Below are positions 27,813-37,974 of a stretch of DNA of 64,000 nucleotides, in pieces. A program made the translations under genes and the position numbers. This DNA comes from Candidatus Iainarchaeum sp. (lineage in GTDB: Archaea; Iainarchaeota; Iainarchaeia; Iainarchaeales; VGJJ01): assembly GCA_043803765.1 (NCBI GenBank), contig JAZDJQ010000014.1, positions 14,721 through 78,720 on the forward strand, written 5' to 3'. Each line of letters opens with the position of its first letter. Within the stretch, counting starts at the first letter, position 1. The notes under the pieces were generated by a model. The model ran no database searches and had not been told where the DNA came from. It worked only from the letters and a program-made list of their open reading frames with translations.

Positions 27813-27946
27813 CTTAGGGGGCTTCGGCCCCCATTTTTCTTTTGACTGGGCGTCTACTTTTCTTTTTCTCAAAAAGAAAAGGAGTGCGTTCCCGAATCCA
27901 AGCAGGGGTGCTTTTGACAAAAAAACGGTTGGATTTGCGCGTTCGT

Positions 27947-29047
27947 TTAGGTGGGTGTTTCTTCCGTGTGGGTGTAGGTTGGTTGCTGGGGTACGGTTGG
28001 TGGAGCACTCGATGGTAGCGTTTCGTATCCTCCTGTGTTGTCTTCTTTTTCATTCGTTGAGTCGGTGTTTTCGTTTTCGTATGTTTCGGATGGGATGAAC
28101 AAATACAGGAGTGTTCCAAATACTGCGGATAATGGTTGTAGGATGAATGTTGCGATGAGAATGAATAGCATTGTTCCCATGAATGCTGCGATTGCCCAGT
28201 AGAAGTCGTGCAGTGCTTTGTATCCTGGAACGCTTTTTTGTATTTGGCTGATTAATACATCGGTGTTTATTTTCTTTTGCTGTTCTTCTACTTGTGCGTC
28301 TATTTTGTCTTTGTAGTTTGGAGAATTCACGTTTTGTAGTGTTTGGTCCATGAGCGTGACAAATTGTATCACGTCCGGGTCGGTGCTATCGCGTAGTTGT
28401 GAAAAGGATTGGGTTTCCATCACTTGAACAAGGGTGTTTCGTTGGGTGGTGATGAGGAAATCGGATGTGATGGTTTGTAGGTTTAGTTGTTGAACTATTT
28501 TCCCTTGGAATAACGCATCCTCGAATTGGGAGTAGAGGTTTTGGCTTTGGGGGATGGCAACAATCGATAGTGTGACAAGTACTCCTATTCCGAGTATTTG
28601 CATTCCTCGTTGTGCTCCGGCGAAACTGGAGCGGAACACGACGAAATTTTTTAGTTCTAATCGTTTCATTCGGCTGGTTTCAATCATGAGTGGAATCGCT
28701 CCAAAATAGAATAGGGCGAGCGGGTACCATTGTGCGAATTTTGAAAAGAGTATTGCCCCGATCGCACATGCGATAATAGATGGAATGATAGTTCCTACGT
28801 ACACGCGTCCTCTTTCGTCTTTGTCTGCGGTAGCGGTAATGAGTGAAATGGTGAGGGAGAAAAACAGTACGAATAATGCGAAGGGTAATGAGAGGATGAA
28901 TCCAACCGATTGGATGTTTCCCACGCTTATGAGCAGCGTGTCAGGGGTTATTCCAAGTTGGTCGAGGAAGAATGCCCATGCAAGAGTGAATACGAGTATT
29001 CCTCCTGCTATGACTATTGTTTTGCGCGAGGCCCATTCTCCATTCAT
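27947..29047 (-). CDS. Multi-pass membrane protein
   Basis: About 6 hydrophobic helices with a large soluble loop. Confidence 0.8.
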   Translation of the reverse strand: MNGEWASRKTIVIAGGILVFTLAWAFFLDQLGITPDTLLISVGNIQSVGFILSLPFALFVLFFSLTISLITATADKDERGRVYVGTIIPSIIACAIGAILFSKFAQWYPLALFYFGAIPLMIETSRMKRLELKNFVVFRSSFAGAQRGMQILGIGVLVTLSIVAIPQSQNLYSQFEDALFQGKIVQQLNLQTITSDFLITTQRNTLVQVMETQSFSQLRDSTDPDVIQFVTLMDQTLQNVNSPNYKDKIDAQVEEQQKKINTDVLISQIQKSVPGYKALHDFYWAIAAFMGTMLFILIATFILQPLSAVFGTLLYLFIPSETYENENTDSTNEKEDNTGGYETLPSSAPPTVPQQPTYTHTEETPT

Positions 29048-29952
29048 ACTAGACGGAGGACTTTTTTATCGTTTATTAAGATGGTAGTCTCGAACTGGGA
29101 AACGATGGCTCCTTTCTTTTCTTGTAACACCGGATGGGGAGTTAGTGCTCCGAATTTTACGAGTTCTCGCAGGGCGATTTTTCGTTGAAAGGAAGTTATT
29201 TTCATGTCTCGTGCAATCCATCGTTCAGCGAATGGTAATCCATCGTATGTTTCGGCGCAGAAATCATATAGTTTTCGTGCGATGGGATTCCGCACCGTGT
29301 TTGTTTTTTCGTTTACTTCGAAAATGTCCACTCGGCTTCCTTCGCTGATACGGCCGGTCCCTTGGATGGAAGCAAATGGTTCGAGTGCGTAGGCGTGATT
29401 ATCTTCTAATACGGTGGATTCTCCTGTTTCGATATTGGGAATGGTGGGAGAGCAGTGTGCATGGTATTGGTCGACTCCATGCCCGGATAGATTGTGAATG
29501 GGGTCTACTTTTCGTTCTTTGAGTTTTTTTTGGATTGCTTTTCCAATATCTGAAACGAATGCTCCTTCTTTGACTTGTGTGAATCCTTCTTCGAGTGCTT
29601 CTTTTGTTGCCTCGAGAAGGTTTTTCACTTCGTTTTTTTTGGAAAAATCGAGTGTGATGGCCGCGTCAACGATGTATCCTTTTTGGTGCACTCCGATGTC
29701 TACTTTTAATACGTCTCCTTTTTCGACTCGTGTGTCATCTTCTTCGCTTGGCGTGTAGTGCGCAGCTAATTCGTTAAGTGAAAGATTGAGCGGGAATGCT
29801 ATTCCGCACCCGTTTTTTTTCATGAGGGGTTCTATTTCTTCTGCGATATCCAATAATTTCATTCCGGGTTGGATGAATTCTTCTGCTCGTTTTCGGCATA
29901 GTGCGTGTACTTTTGCTGCCGTTTGGTAGTGTTCGACAATGGAATGTTCCAT
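29044..29952 (-). CDS. map: Methionine aminopeptidase type II
   Basis: AFPLNLS..AAHYTP, KVDIGVH..GYIVDAA, LSGHG, ALEPF, SQFETT. Confidence 0.96.
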   Translation of the reverse strand: MEHSIVEHYQTAAKVHALCRKRAEEFIQPGMKLLDIAEEIEPLMKKNGCGIAFPLNLSLNELAAHYTPSEEDDTRVEKGDVLKVDIGVHQKGYIVDAAITLDFSKKNEVKNLLEATKEALEEGFTQVKEGAFVSDIGKAIQKKLKERKVDPIHNLSGHGVDQYHAHCSPTIPNIETGESTVLEDNHAYALEPFASIQGTGRISEGSRVDIFEVNEKTNTVRNPIARKLYDFCAETYDGLPFAERWIARDMKITSFQRKIALRELVKFGALTPHPVLQEKKGAIVSQFETTILINDKKVLRLV

Positions 29953-30008
29953 ACGTATGAAAAAGTGTCCAAAAGGTTAATTAATCCGCAAGGCGAGTCA
30001 AGGATACG

Positions 30009-30416
30009 ATGAAACCTCGTAGGTCTAATCCTTCTCCAAGGAAGAGAACTCTTCTGCCCAAGCGAAAGCAGGAATATATTCGGTCGTTTAAACGAGCGTT
30101 AGAATCTCACATGAAATCCGTTGAGGAAATGGAAGAATACAATCGTATTCCTTCCCAGAAACGAAAAAGCCCGGGGCGGTATACTCGGAGTCGTTCGCAA
30201 TGGGCGGAATGGAAAAAATCCGCTCATATTGCTAATGCTATTAGACGGGAGTTAACATCAAAGTATGGGAAAGAATTGTTTTCAATGTGGGAGAAATCCC
30301 ATAAAAGCCCTGCGCGTGCATTCCTTCAATCGGTTGATAACGAGTTGAGAGTATTGAAAAAGGAAATTCCTGAAGCAAAAACAATGATTCCAAAATGGAT
30401 AAGCGTGGTTGAGTAA
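30009..30416 (+). CDS. Basic hypothetical protein
   Basis: 135 aa with Arg/Pro-rich N-terminus. Confidence 0.65.
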   Translation: MKPRRSNPSPRKRTLLPKRKQEYIRSFKRALESHMKSVEEMEEYNRIPSQKRKSPGRYTRSRSQWAEWKKSAHIANAIRRELTSKYGKELFSMWEKSHKSPARAFLQSVDNELRVLKKEIPEAKTMIPKWISVVE

Positions 30417-30554
30417 AAAAAATAGTATTCTAGAACCCCAGCGCCCTCTTACAGTGATGGAGCAGGCAGCTGATTTGCTTTATTTGGCTCGTTGCCGGAG
30501 GCGGATGGAACAGGAGGATAGAGAAATGGTATTAGCGAATATTCCGCATTGATT

Positions 30555-32993
30555 TTAGGCAAATGCCCCTAATCCTGTTTGTTTTCCCCCTCGTTCCAAA
30601 TCCGTGGTATCATATCCTAGTTCTAGGAATATTTTTTTGATAGCAGGAAGTATTTGGTTGTGGACATAGTATTCCGCGTCATAGTCTCCTTCTTTTACGA
30701 ATTCTTCTAATTCTGCTTTGTCGGAGATGCTTTTTCCTGTTTGGGTGATAATGTATCCGAGGAGTTGGCCTACTTTTATTTCTTTTCCTCTTTTTTGTGC
30801 TTTTAGTGCTGCGGCTACGTGCGGTCCGATTGAAGTATAGGATTCGGGTTTTCGTTGCAATTGTGTTAGCACCACCAGTTCTTTTTTTGGAACTTTTCCT
30901 GCACGGAGTTGAATAATAACATCGAATACAATGCGATGGGCGTTCTCGGGTTTTCCATTTATGAGTATTTCGTATAATACTTTTTTTTGTGTTTCTCTTG
31001 CAATGAGTGAATGGTCTCGTCGTACATACTCAAATCCTACTATCGTGAGGTGGTGGTCATAATCTGCCAGCGCGTATCTTTTTTTGGCGGCGCGTCCTTC
31101 TTTTTTGGTAACAAAGAGTCCTCGTTTATAGAGTCCTTCGAATTCTAATTCCATTCTTCCGGGTAGTTTTTTGTTCACGTTCTCGACGAATTTTTTGATG
31201 TCGGTTTCTTTTTGGGCTGGGTTTAGTAATAGGAATGCTGAATCCGAGTCAGCGTAAAGTGGAGAATATCCTTCTTTCTCTGCCCATTGTAGTGTTTGGT
31301 GGATGTAGTGCCGTGCCCATGCGGTGATGGCTCGGGCGCTTTCTCTTGAATACCATCGGAATCGGGGATAGGCGAGTGTTCCAAAAAACGAGTTGAGTAG
31401 TATTTTCAGTGCTTGTTTTCTTCCTTTAAGAAAGGGGAGTTGTGGGTCATTTTGGGGTGTTTCGTCTATTTTTTTTTGTACGGCGATTCGTGCGTCGAGT
31501 ATTCGTTCTAATACGATGGTGAATAATCCTTTTTGTTTTGTGCAAAACCAGTGTTCGGTAGGAGAAAGGTTGGCTCCTTTTTTGCATGCAGGATGCTTGC
31601 AATCCAGTGTTTCGGGTGAAATGTTGTGGGATATCATGATGCTGGGGTACATGGAGCGGAAATCGAGTACGGCTAAATGCGTGTGTAATCCTGCCACGGG
31701 TTCTTTGACGTATCCTCCTTCGATTGGGTTTTGTAATCGTCCTTGTACTTGGGAATCGGTTGGGGGTTGCGGGAAAATCTGTTGGAGGCGTGCGCTTTCG
31801 TTCATGAGAATGGTTTCGACTAGTTGGGAGGCGGTGCTTCGCGAAACATCGTATAAGGGCAAATGTACTAGTCGGCTGAGTTCCAGTAATAGGGGTAGAA
31901 ATTCGTCCCCTAAACGTTGAGTGTATTCGGCATCGGTGAGATTGTATTTGGCCAGTTTGTCTAATCCTTTTTGCGTGTTCCATGTTTCCCATATTTGGGA
32001 ATGATTGAGTGTTTTTTCTCCTTCTCCAAATACGGTTCGCATGACGCTTTCCAAGTCAAGTTTGGGTGATTTTAGTACTTGAAAGCGTGTTAATAGTTTC
32101 ATGAGCTGTAACACGTCGATATGTTGTATTCCTTGGAGTCGTGCATATTTGTTTGCTCCTCGTGTAATAAGTTGAACGTTTCCAAAACCAAATAGTGGGG
32201 TTATTCCTGCATGTTTGGCGCGTTCATGAATGAAAGGGAAGTCGAATCCATCTCCATAATACGTGTAGAGAATGTCCACGTCTCCTAGTGAAAGGAATGT
32301 AAAAAATTGGTTGAGTATTGCTGATTCGTTTCCGCATCCAACCGTGTAGGCGTTGTGGTAGTCGTTTGCCATGAATACTTTTTTTCCTGCGGGAGTTGTT
32401 GCTGCAATGGAAATGATTTCGTTTTTTTCGGGTGTGGGGATTTTTCCCGTGCCATATGTTTCGATGTCGAATGCTCCTGTGCGAAAAACGTAGGGAGAAG
32501 CGTCTGTTTGTGTAATCGTGTTAATCGTTCCTTCTTGGGTGAGGGTGATGGTTACTCCTTCCGTAGGAGTGAGTTGTTTGTCGAGGAGATACCGTTTAGT
32601 ATAGGGGATGTTGGCTTCGCACACGTTGTGTGTGAAAGGATAATGGAGGATTTCTTCCCTTGCACGCAGGAGGTCTTCAATTGTGGAAAAGGAAAAGCGC
32701 AGATAGGAGTGCATTTCTCGCTCCACGAATTCTATCTGAATAGGCTTGGTTCCGCCGATGTGGGTTTCTTCTTTGAGCTGTTTGACGAGTGTTTTTCCAT
32801 TCGTTGAGGGGACTAATTCCACATAGAAATAAGGTGAAAATCCTTCATCGGTGAGGCAAATGACATTGGATTCTTCATTGGAAGAGGAGGGGATTTGTCG
32901 CCGTACATATACGTCAATAACACTCTTTCCTTTGCTTTCACGCGTCTGAACGTCAAGGAGTACCCCTTTGAGGCATGTTGGAGTGGGGGGCAT
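30555..32993 (-). CDS. polB: Family B DNA polymerase
   Basis: Exo FDIET; DFRSMYPS; KILLNSFFG; YADSDS; KKRYA; C-terminal QTGLGAF PIP box. Confidence 0.96.
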   Translation of the reverse strand: MPPTPTCLKGVLLDVQTRESKGKSVIDVYVRRQIPSSSNEESNVICLTDEGFSPYFYVELVPSTNGKTLVKQLKEETHIGGTKPIQIEFVEREMHSYLRFSFSTIEDLLRAREEILHYPFTHNVCEANIPYTKRYLLDKQLTPTEGVTITLTQEGTINTITQTDASPYVFRTGAFDIETYGTGKIPTPEKNEIISIAATTPAGKKVFMANDYHNAYTVGCGNESAILNQFFTFLSLGDVDILYTYYGDGFDFPFIHERAKHAGITPLFGFGNVQLITRGANKYARLQGIQHIDVLQLMKLLTRFQVLKSPKLDLESVMRTVFGEGEKTLNHSQIWETWNTQKGLDKLAKYNLTDAEYTQRLGDEFLPLLLELSRLVHLPLYDVSRSTASQLVETILMNESARLQQIFPQPPTDSQVQGRLQNPIEGGYVKEPVAGLHTHLAVLDFRSMYPSIMISHNISPETLDCKHPACKKGANLSPTEHWFCTKQKGLFTIVLERILDARIAVQKKIDETPQNDPQLPFLKGRKQALKILLNSFFGTLAYPRFRWYSRESARAITAWARHYIHQTLQWAEKEGYSPLYADSDSAFLLLNPAQKETDIKKFVENVNKKLPGRMELEFEGLYKRGLFVTKKEGRAAKKRYALADYDHHLTIVGFEYVRRDHSLIARETQKKVLYEILINGKPENAHRIVFDVIIQLRAGKVPKKELVVLTQLQRKPESYTSIGPHVAAALKAQKRGKEIKVGQLLGYIITQTGKSISDKAELEEFVKEGDYDAEYYVHNQILPAIKKIFLELGYDTTDLERGGKQTGLGAFA

Positions 32994-33028
32994 AGCCTTT
33001 TTTTAAGGGCCAAAGCCTCTTTTAATCC

Positions 33029-33478
33029 ATGCCCGTACCCTCTCCTAATTCATCATCTGCTCCTTCTCAAAAGGGTGGCGAATATGTCTTTACACTTAAT
33101 CGGGATGTGAAGGCGTTGAATGCGGCCGTCATGGTGATGATGCAGAAGATTAAACTCCTTGTTCGGAATGAGAAAATATTGGGGCGTAATCTTATTGTTC
33201 TAAATAAGAGGGTTCGTGACATTCAGATGCAGGCGGGGGCAAATGGCAATCAGGAAATGTCCGATTCGGTAAGGGAAACAATAGATGAATTGGCAACCGG
33301 CATGCGTGCGGTTTCTCAGCGGTTAGTTGAATTAGAATCTAAGTTGGATGAGTTGTCTCGTCAGTCGGCTAAAGCGGAGGATGTGAAAGAAATAAAGTAT
33401 GTGGTGGACACAATGAATCCATTGCATTTTGTTACGATTGAACAGGCCAATGAAATGATTGGAAAAAACAGGAAGTAG
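33029..33478 (+). CDS. Coiled-coil hypothetical protein
   Basis: Heptad-rich 149-aa ORF divergent from polB. Confidence 0.7.
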   Translation: MPVPSPNSSSAPSQKGGEYVFTLNRDVKALNAAVMVMMQKIKLLVRNEKILGRNLIVLNKRVRDIQMQAGANGNQEMSDSVRETIDELATGMRAVSQRLVELESKLDELSRQSAKAEDVKEIKYVVDTMNPLHFVTIEQANEMIGKNRK

Positions 33479-33485
33479 TAGGAGC

Positions 33486-34091
33486 ATGGTCCTAAAAATA
33501 ACCGCTATTATTTTTGATTGGGGCGGGGTACTATCGAGTAAGTCTGCGTTGAGGGATTTTTTGAAAGAGTATGCCAAGCAACATGGAGTGAATCCTATTG
33601 AGTTAGAAGAAAAGATTATGAATGCTTTTCAGGAAGCAAAGGTGGGCAAAATGACCTCTGAGGATTTTTATGGTGTTATTGCCAAAATGACAAAGACGAA
33701 ACCGGCCGACATCCATGATTCGTTTCAATCGTTTTTTAGAAGCAATTATGATAGCATTGAATTGGCTCGCATTCTCAAGAAGAGGTACAAGGTAGCCTTG
33801 TTAACGAACAATATTGGGATTTGGATAGAATCCGCGCTTCATAAAAACAAACTAACCGACTTTTTTGATGTGGTCATTTCCTCTCATTCGGTTAAGATGG
33901 CTAAACCAAATCCTGAAATTTACCATGAGATCCTTCGCGCACTCGGAGTCTCTAGTGCGGAATGCGTATTCATTGATGATAAACAAAAAAATGTGGATAC
34001 GGCTAATAGCATGGGAATGCACGGCATCACATTCACGTCAACGGCTCAACTCAAGCGGGACTTAGAAAAGTTGGGTGTGACTACGACATAA
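33486..34091 (+). CDS. HAD-superfamily phosphatase
   Basis: IFDWGGVL, LLTNN, KPNPEIY, FIDD. Confidence 0.93.
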   Translation: MVLKITAIIFDWGGVLSSKSALRDFLKEYAKQHGVNPIELEEKIMNAFQEAKVGKMTSEDFYGVIAKMTKTKPADIHDSFQSFFRSNYDSIELARILKKRYKVALLTNNIGIWIESALHKNKLTDFFDVVISSHSVKMAKPNPEIYHEILRALGVSSAECVFIDDKQKNVDTANSMGMHGITFTSTAQLKRDLEKLGVTTT

Positions 34092-35631
34092 AAAAGTCCT
34101 TAATTACCGGTTGAGAGTACGTGTCTCGGATGTTCACGCGGTAATTTTTTCTTCCTGCTAGTGTTACGGCGGCTTCCCTTCCGGCTACTACACTTAGTTT
34201 GGCGTCTAATATCCCTAATAGTCCTTTTGGAATATCGGCTTCTTGTGCGGAGGATACTAGGAATCCGACATCTTGATTTACGCTTAATGTGAGAAGCCGT
34301 TCAATTTCTTTTCCTATAATGGTTGCGTGTAGGTCATTGAATAGTTTTCCTGCTTCTGGAATGAGGATGAATGTTTTTACTCTGCCGGATACTCCTTTGC
34401 GGGAGTACATTTCGTATATTCCTTTTAGTACGGCATGAATGAGTATTTTTTGCAGTTTGGGTGCGACGTTTTTCAATCGTAATACTCCTACTCGTCCAAT
34501 GGATTGGAACCATGATTTGCTTATTTCTTCCGTTGGATTGATTCCATTGAACAATCCGGGGTAGATTTGGTTGAGTAGGGTGAATATTCTTCCTATGCTT
34601 CCCATTTGGAATGCATTGAATGTTTGGGATGGGGGTAGTTGTCTTAGAATCCCGTGTATTTCGTCTACTGAACTTACGTGATGTTCTCGTAAGAATTCGA
34701 TTAGCCGGTTTCCTAATTCCGTGTGAGATAGTCCGAGTGCTTCGGTTAATCCTTCTGGGTGGACTTGGGATAAGTCTATTTTTAGGTTTTCGGGTGGAAC
34801 AAACTCTTTGAGTGGAAATCCGATTGGGTCTCCTTCGATTTTTTGTTCTCGTAATCGTTGAGTATTGGGATTGGGGCTTCGCATGACCGAATATTCGTTT
34901 TCCCAATCCACGATGACGAGGGGGATGTTTGAAAATAGGGCTCCTTCTCCTATGATTTGGAGGATGTGTTTTCGATGTTCTGCACGTGCGTTGAATATTC
35001 CTGTTTTTTTGAAGAATGATATGGGTTCTTTTACAACAAGGTTGTTTCCCGTTATTCCCAGTACGAATTCTCCGGGCATTGCCCCCATGTGTCCGGATGC
35101 GGTAGCAGCAGCCAGCACTCCTTGGTCGGCATTCTCCACGAAATGGGCATTTGTGGTAATACTCGTATAGAGTAATGGCATGGAGAAGAATGCTTCGGCG
35201 ATAGAGGGGGGATTTTCATTCATGGGTTTAAGTGTAATATCGTATGCTTTTCCTACTTCTTGGAGTAATCCTGCTCCCATGTCCAGTTTTTTGAGAAGAA
35301 TATCCGTCTGTTCAAGTACAATTCCTTCTTCCCATACTACGGAAATAGGGGTGCTGCCTAATAGCAGGAATGAAGATGTTTCTCCGGGCGAGTGTTTCGT
35401 TAGTAGAAGTATCTCTCTTGGTAGTGTTTGAATGAATCCGTTTACATCCCCCGTAGCATAGTAGGGGTGGTAGAATTCGCACGTTGCATGGGTATAGTTT
35501 CCATTTTCCTTTTGTAAAAGTTGTACAAATAGTGTTTTCTGGGGATTGAGGTATATTTCCATCTCCCTCTCTTTGACGGTTCCTTTTAGGAGTAATGTCC
35601 ATGGTCCTTGCGCGATTTTGAATAATGGCAT
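34081..35631 (-). CDS. HerA/FtsK-like protein with degenerate Walker motifs
   Basis: IVDWENEY, ILIPEAG, FLVSSAQ motifs in HerA order; the P-loop position reads NARAEHRK. Confidence 0.55.
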   Translation of the reverse strand: MPLFKIAQGPWTLLLKGTVKEREMEIYLNPQKTLFVQLLQKENGNYTHATCEFYHPYYATGDVNGFIQTLPREILLLTKHSPGETSSFLLLGSTPISVVWEEGIVLEQTDILLKKLDMGAGLLQEVGKAYDITLKPMNENPPSIAEAFFSMPLLYTSITTNAHFVENADQGVLAAATASGHMGAMPGEFVLGITGNNLVVKEPISFFKKTGIFNARAEHRKHILQIIGEGALFSNIPLVIVDWENEYSVMRSPNPNTQRLREQKIEGDPIGFPLKEFVPPENLKIDLSQVHPEGLTEALGLSHTELGNRLIEFLREHHVSSVDEIHGILRQLPPSQTFNAFQMGSIGRIFTLLNQIYPGLFNGINPTEEISKSWFQSIGRVGVLRLKNVAPKLQKILIHAVLKGIYEMYSRKGVSGRVKTFILIPEAGKLFNDLHATIIGKEIERLLTLSVNQDVGFLVSSAQEADIPKGLLGILDAKLSVVAGREAAVTLAGRKNYRVNIRDTYSQPVIKDFFMS

Positions 35632-35699
35632 GCCAATTCCACCCAGGGTATTTTTATAGCAGGCGACTCTCGTATATAAATATCAGTAAGGGAGCGCGT

Positions 35700-36287
35700 A
35701 TGAACGAGGAAGTAGTGCATAATACCATCCAGAAAATGAGGGATGCCGGCCTTTCCGAGAGTGTGATTTCTTCCACGCTCACCGATTTGGGTCTTTCTCC
35801 AGCACAGACGCAGGCTTATTTGGCTGGGAGAAGCAGTCCTGTTCCTTCTCCTGTTTCTAATTCTGTTTCGCAAGGCCAAAATGATTCGTCGCGTGGGGAA
35901 GAGTATTCTCCTTCTCTTTCGGATGCTGATCATGAAGTGATTTCGTCTCGTACGAGTGATAAGGTAGTGCAGCGTTTGGATGAGCGGAATTCTTTTCGTG
36001 AGGAAGAAAATTCTCTTAAGGATAATATTACGCATCTTGCATTGGAACAGCATGGGGTACAGTTGCGGGATACTCATCAGGCGGTTATTGAGTTGCATGA
36101 TAAATTGGATGGAACGAATCTTGATACGATGTCCAGTCGTCTTAGTTCCCTTGTTACGCGTATGGAACAGTTGCAGCAAAGTCAATCGGATACTAGGGCG
36201 TTGGCGGGGGCATTGCAATTATTATTACAGAAGGTGTTGGAGACAAATCAGCAAATTTTGTTTGAATTGAAGAAGGAAAAAAAATGA
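35700..36287 (+). CDS. Hypothetical protein with linker and coiled coil
   Basis: N-terminal helical domain, Ser/Pro linker, heptad C-terminus. Confidence 0.7.
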   Translation: MNEEVVHNTIQKMRDAGLSESVISSTLTDLGLSPAQTQAYLAGRSSPVPSPVSNSVSQGQNDSSRGEEYSPSLSDADHEVISSRTSDKVVQRLDERNSFREEENSLKDNITHLALEQHGVQLRDTHQAVIELHDKLDGTNLDTMSSRLSSLVTRMEQLQQSQSDTRALAGALQLLLQKVLETNQQILFELKKEKK

Positions 36288-36793
36288 GGAAACCTTCAGC
36301 GCATAAGGGAATTATGGCGTTCCGCCGCAAAATAGCCAGGGGAGTGAAAGTGGATAGAGTAGTGTATACCGGTCGTGAGAGGAGGGCTTCTCCTAATCCT
36401 TGGTCAGGTCGCCGCGGAAAGAATGGTTGGAGGGTAGTGGGGGAGAATAGTTTCTTGAAATCTTTTCCGGAAGAACACCGTGGAGAAGTGCAGAAGCAGA
36501 TTCAGGCATTGCGGAATGTTTTCACAATAATGAAAAAAGAAGCAGGGGGGAACGAACGGGCGGCGAAGGCCCGTTTGATTAGATCACTAAATAGAATGGG
36601 GTTAGCCATCACCTATCGAGGGGAATTCCTAGGGGCGATACTGATTGAGGAGGTAGCGGTCGGGGAATCGAAAAGGTTTTCCAAAATCGCGTTTGATCCC
36701 ATCCGGAACAAGTTCTACTATGTGAATACGCGCCGTCATCCTAATACGCTTACTGAAAGGGAGCCGGATTGGGATAAGATGGGTCGTGGATGA
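36284..36793 (+). CDS. Basic hypothetical protein
   Basis: 169 aa, Arg-rich; ATGA overlap with upstream gene. Confidence 0.65.
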   Translation: MRKPSAHKGIMAFRRKIARGVKVDRVVYTGRERRASPNPWSGRRGKNGWRVVGENSFLKSFPEEHRGEVQKQIQALRNVFTIMKKEAGGNERAAKARLIRSLNRMGLAITYRGEFLGAILIEEVAVGESKRFSKIAFDPIRNKFYYVNTRRHPNTLTEREPDWDKMGRG

Positions 36794-36825
36794 TAGTGAA
36801 GGGGGGGAAATAGTTGGACTGGAAC

Positions 36826-37518
36826 CTATTTTCGTGCATAGAAAATGCTGAATGCTCCGTGCATCCATTTGATTTGAATGTTTTGAAAACCGGCTTCTTT
36901 TAGCAACTCGATTGATTCCATTGGTGTTAATGGATAATCGTGTTTTGTCTCCTTATCAAAATTTTCTCGTGCGAATTCTTGGGTCGCTCCTTTTTCTAGG
37001 GCAAATCGAAGTCTTTGATTCAAGACGTGTTGTTGGATTTTCTCGTCGGAATATTTTATCAGGTCCGACCAGACCAATACTCCACCATCGGCGAGCCACC
37101 CGTTTATTCTTTCGAATAGTGCCGGCTTTCTTTTGTATGGCACATTATGCAGCACAATGTTGGATACTACCGCATCGTAGGATTCGTTTGGTAGAAAATC
37201 TAAAATGTCTTGGTTAATTACTTGCACTTTCCTAGCATATTGTTCCAGATTTATTCTTGATGTCCTTGCCATGTCCGGTGAGGTTTCTACGCAGGCGATG
37301 GTTGAATTGGGTAGCTTTTGGAAAATCAGTCTCTCGATATTTCCTATGCCTGAACCGATGTCCAATATGCGAGTAGGAGAGAATAGTGTGAGTATGTCAG
37401 TCACTTCTTCTGCCATTTCATCGTATTTTGGTATAAATCGCCTTGCTTCTAGGAGATATTTTTCTCCTGTTCCTTGTGCAAGACTGCCATAGAATCCTTG
37501 AGCGACTCTATTGTCCAT
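36826..37518 (-). CDS. Class I SAM-dependent methyltransferase (CmoA-like)
   Basis: ILDIGSGIG, YDAVVSNIVLH, LADGG. Confidence 0.9.
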   Translation of the reverse strand: MDNRVAQGFYGSLAQGTGEKYLLEARRFIPKYDEMAEEVTDILTLFSPTRILDIGSGIGNIERLIFQKLPNSTIACVETSPDMARTSRINLEQYARKVQVINQDILDFLPNESYDAVVSNIVLHNVPYKRKPALFERINGWLADGGVLVWSDLIKYSDEKIQQHVLNQRLRFALEKGATQEFARENFDKETKHDYPLTPMESIELLKEAGFQNIQIKWMHGAFSIFYARK

Positions 37519-37559
37519 ACAATGGAATGATACGAAGTTCTTATGAATCTTTAGATGGA

Positions 37560-37967
37560 TTACTTGGAGAATAGTTTTCCTAAACTGTCGAGTATTTTTT
37601 GAGCGCTGTCCGCTGTTTTTTCTACTGGTTTTTTGATTGTCCATTTTGAGTTTTGGGCATCTCGATAACTTTTGGCGTGGCTTGGTGCCTGTTGTTCGTT
37701 TATTTTTTCCACTATTCCTTTTCCTACTGAGTCAAAAAAGTTTTTTGGATACTTTCCGTTTGTTGCTTCTAATTCCTTCATTTCTTCTTCATACACTTTT
37801 TTTGTTTTTTTTCCCATTCGGCGGATAGTGGAATTCGTTCCTTCTCCTGCACGTGCTAGGAAGTAGGCTAGAATAAGCAGTCCTGCAACGGCTATCCAAA
37901 ATATTTGGTTGGTTTGAAATAGTATCCAGAGAAATACAGTAAGTGTGAGTAGGGAGAATGCATTCAT
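37560..37967 (-). CDS. Membrane hypothetical protein
   Basis: Two N-terminal TM helices and a charged tail. Confidence 0.7.
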   Translation of the reverse strand: MNAFSLLTLTVFLWILFQTNQIFWIAVAGLLILAYFLARAGEGTNSTIRRMGKKTKKVYEEEMKELEATNGKYPKNFFDSVGKGIVEKINEQQAPSHAKSYRDAQNSKWTIKKPVEKTADSAQKILDSLGKLFSK

Positions 37968-37974
37968 AGGAGCA

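Noticed and set aside
30457-30552. 31-aa ORF MEQAADLLYLARCRRR...
   Set aside because: No clear SD, promoter or motif; insufficient support.
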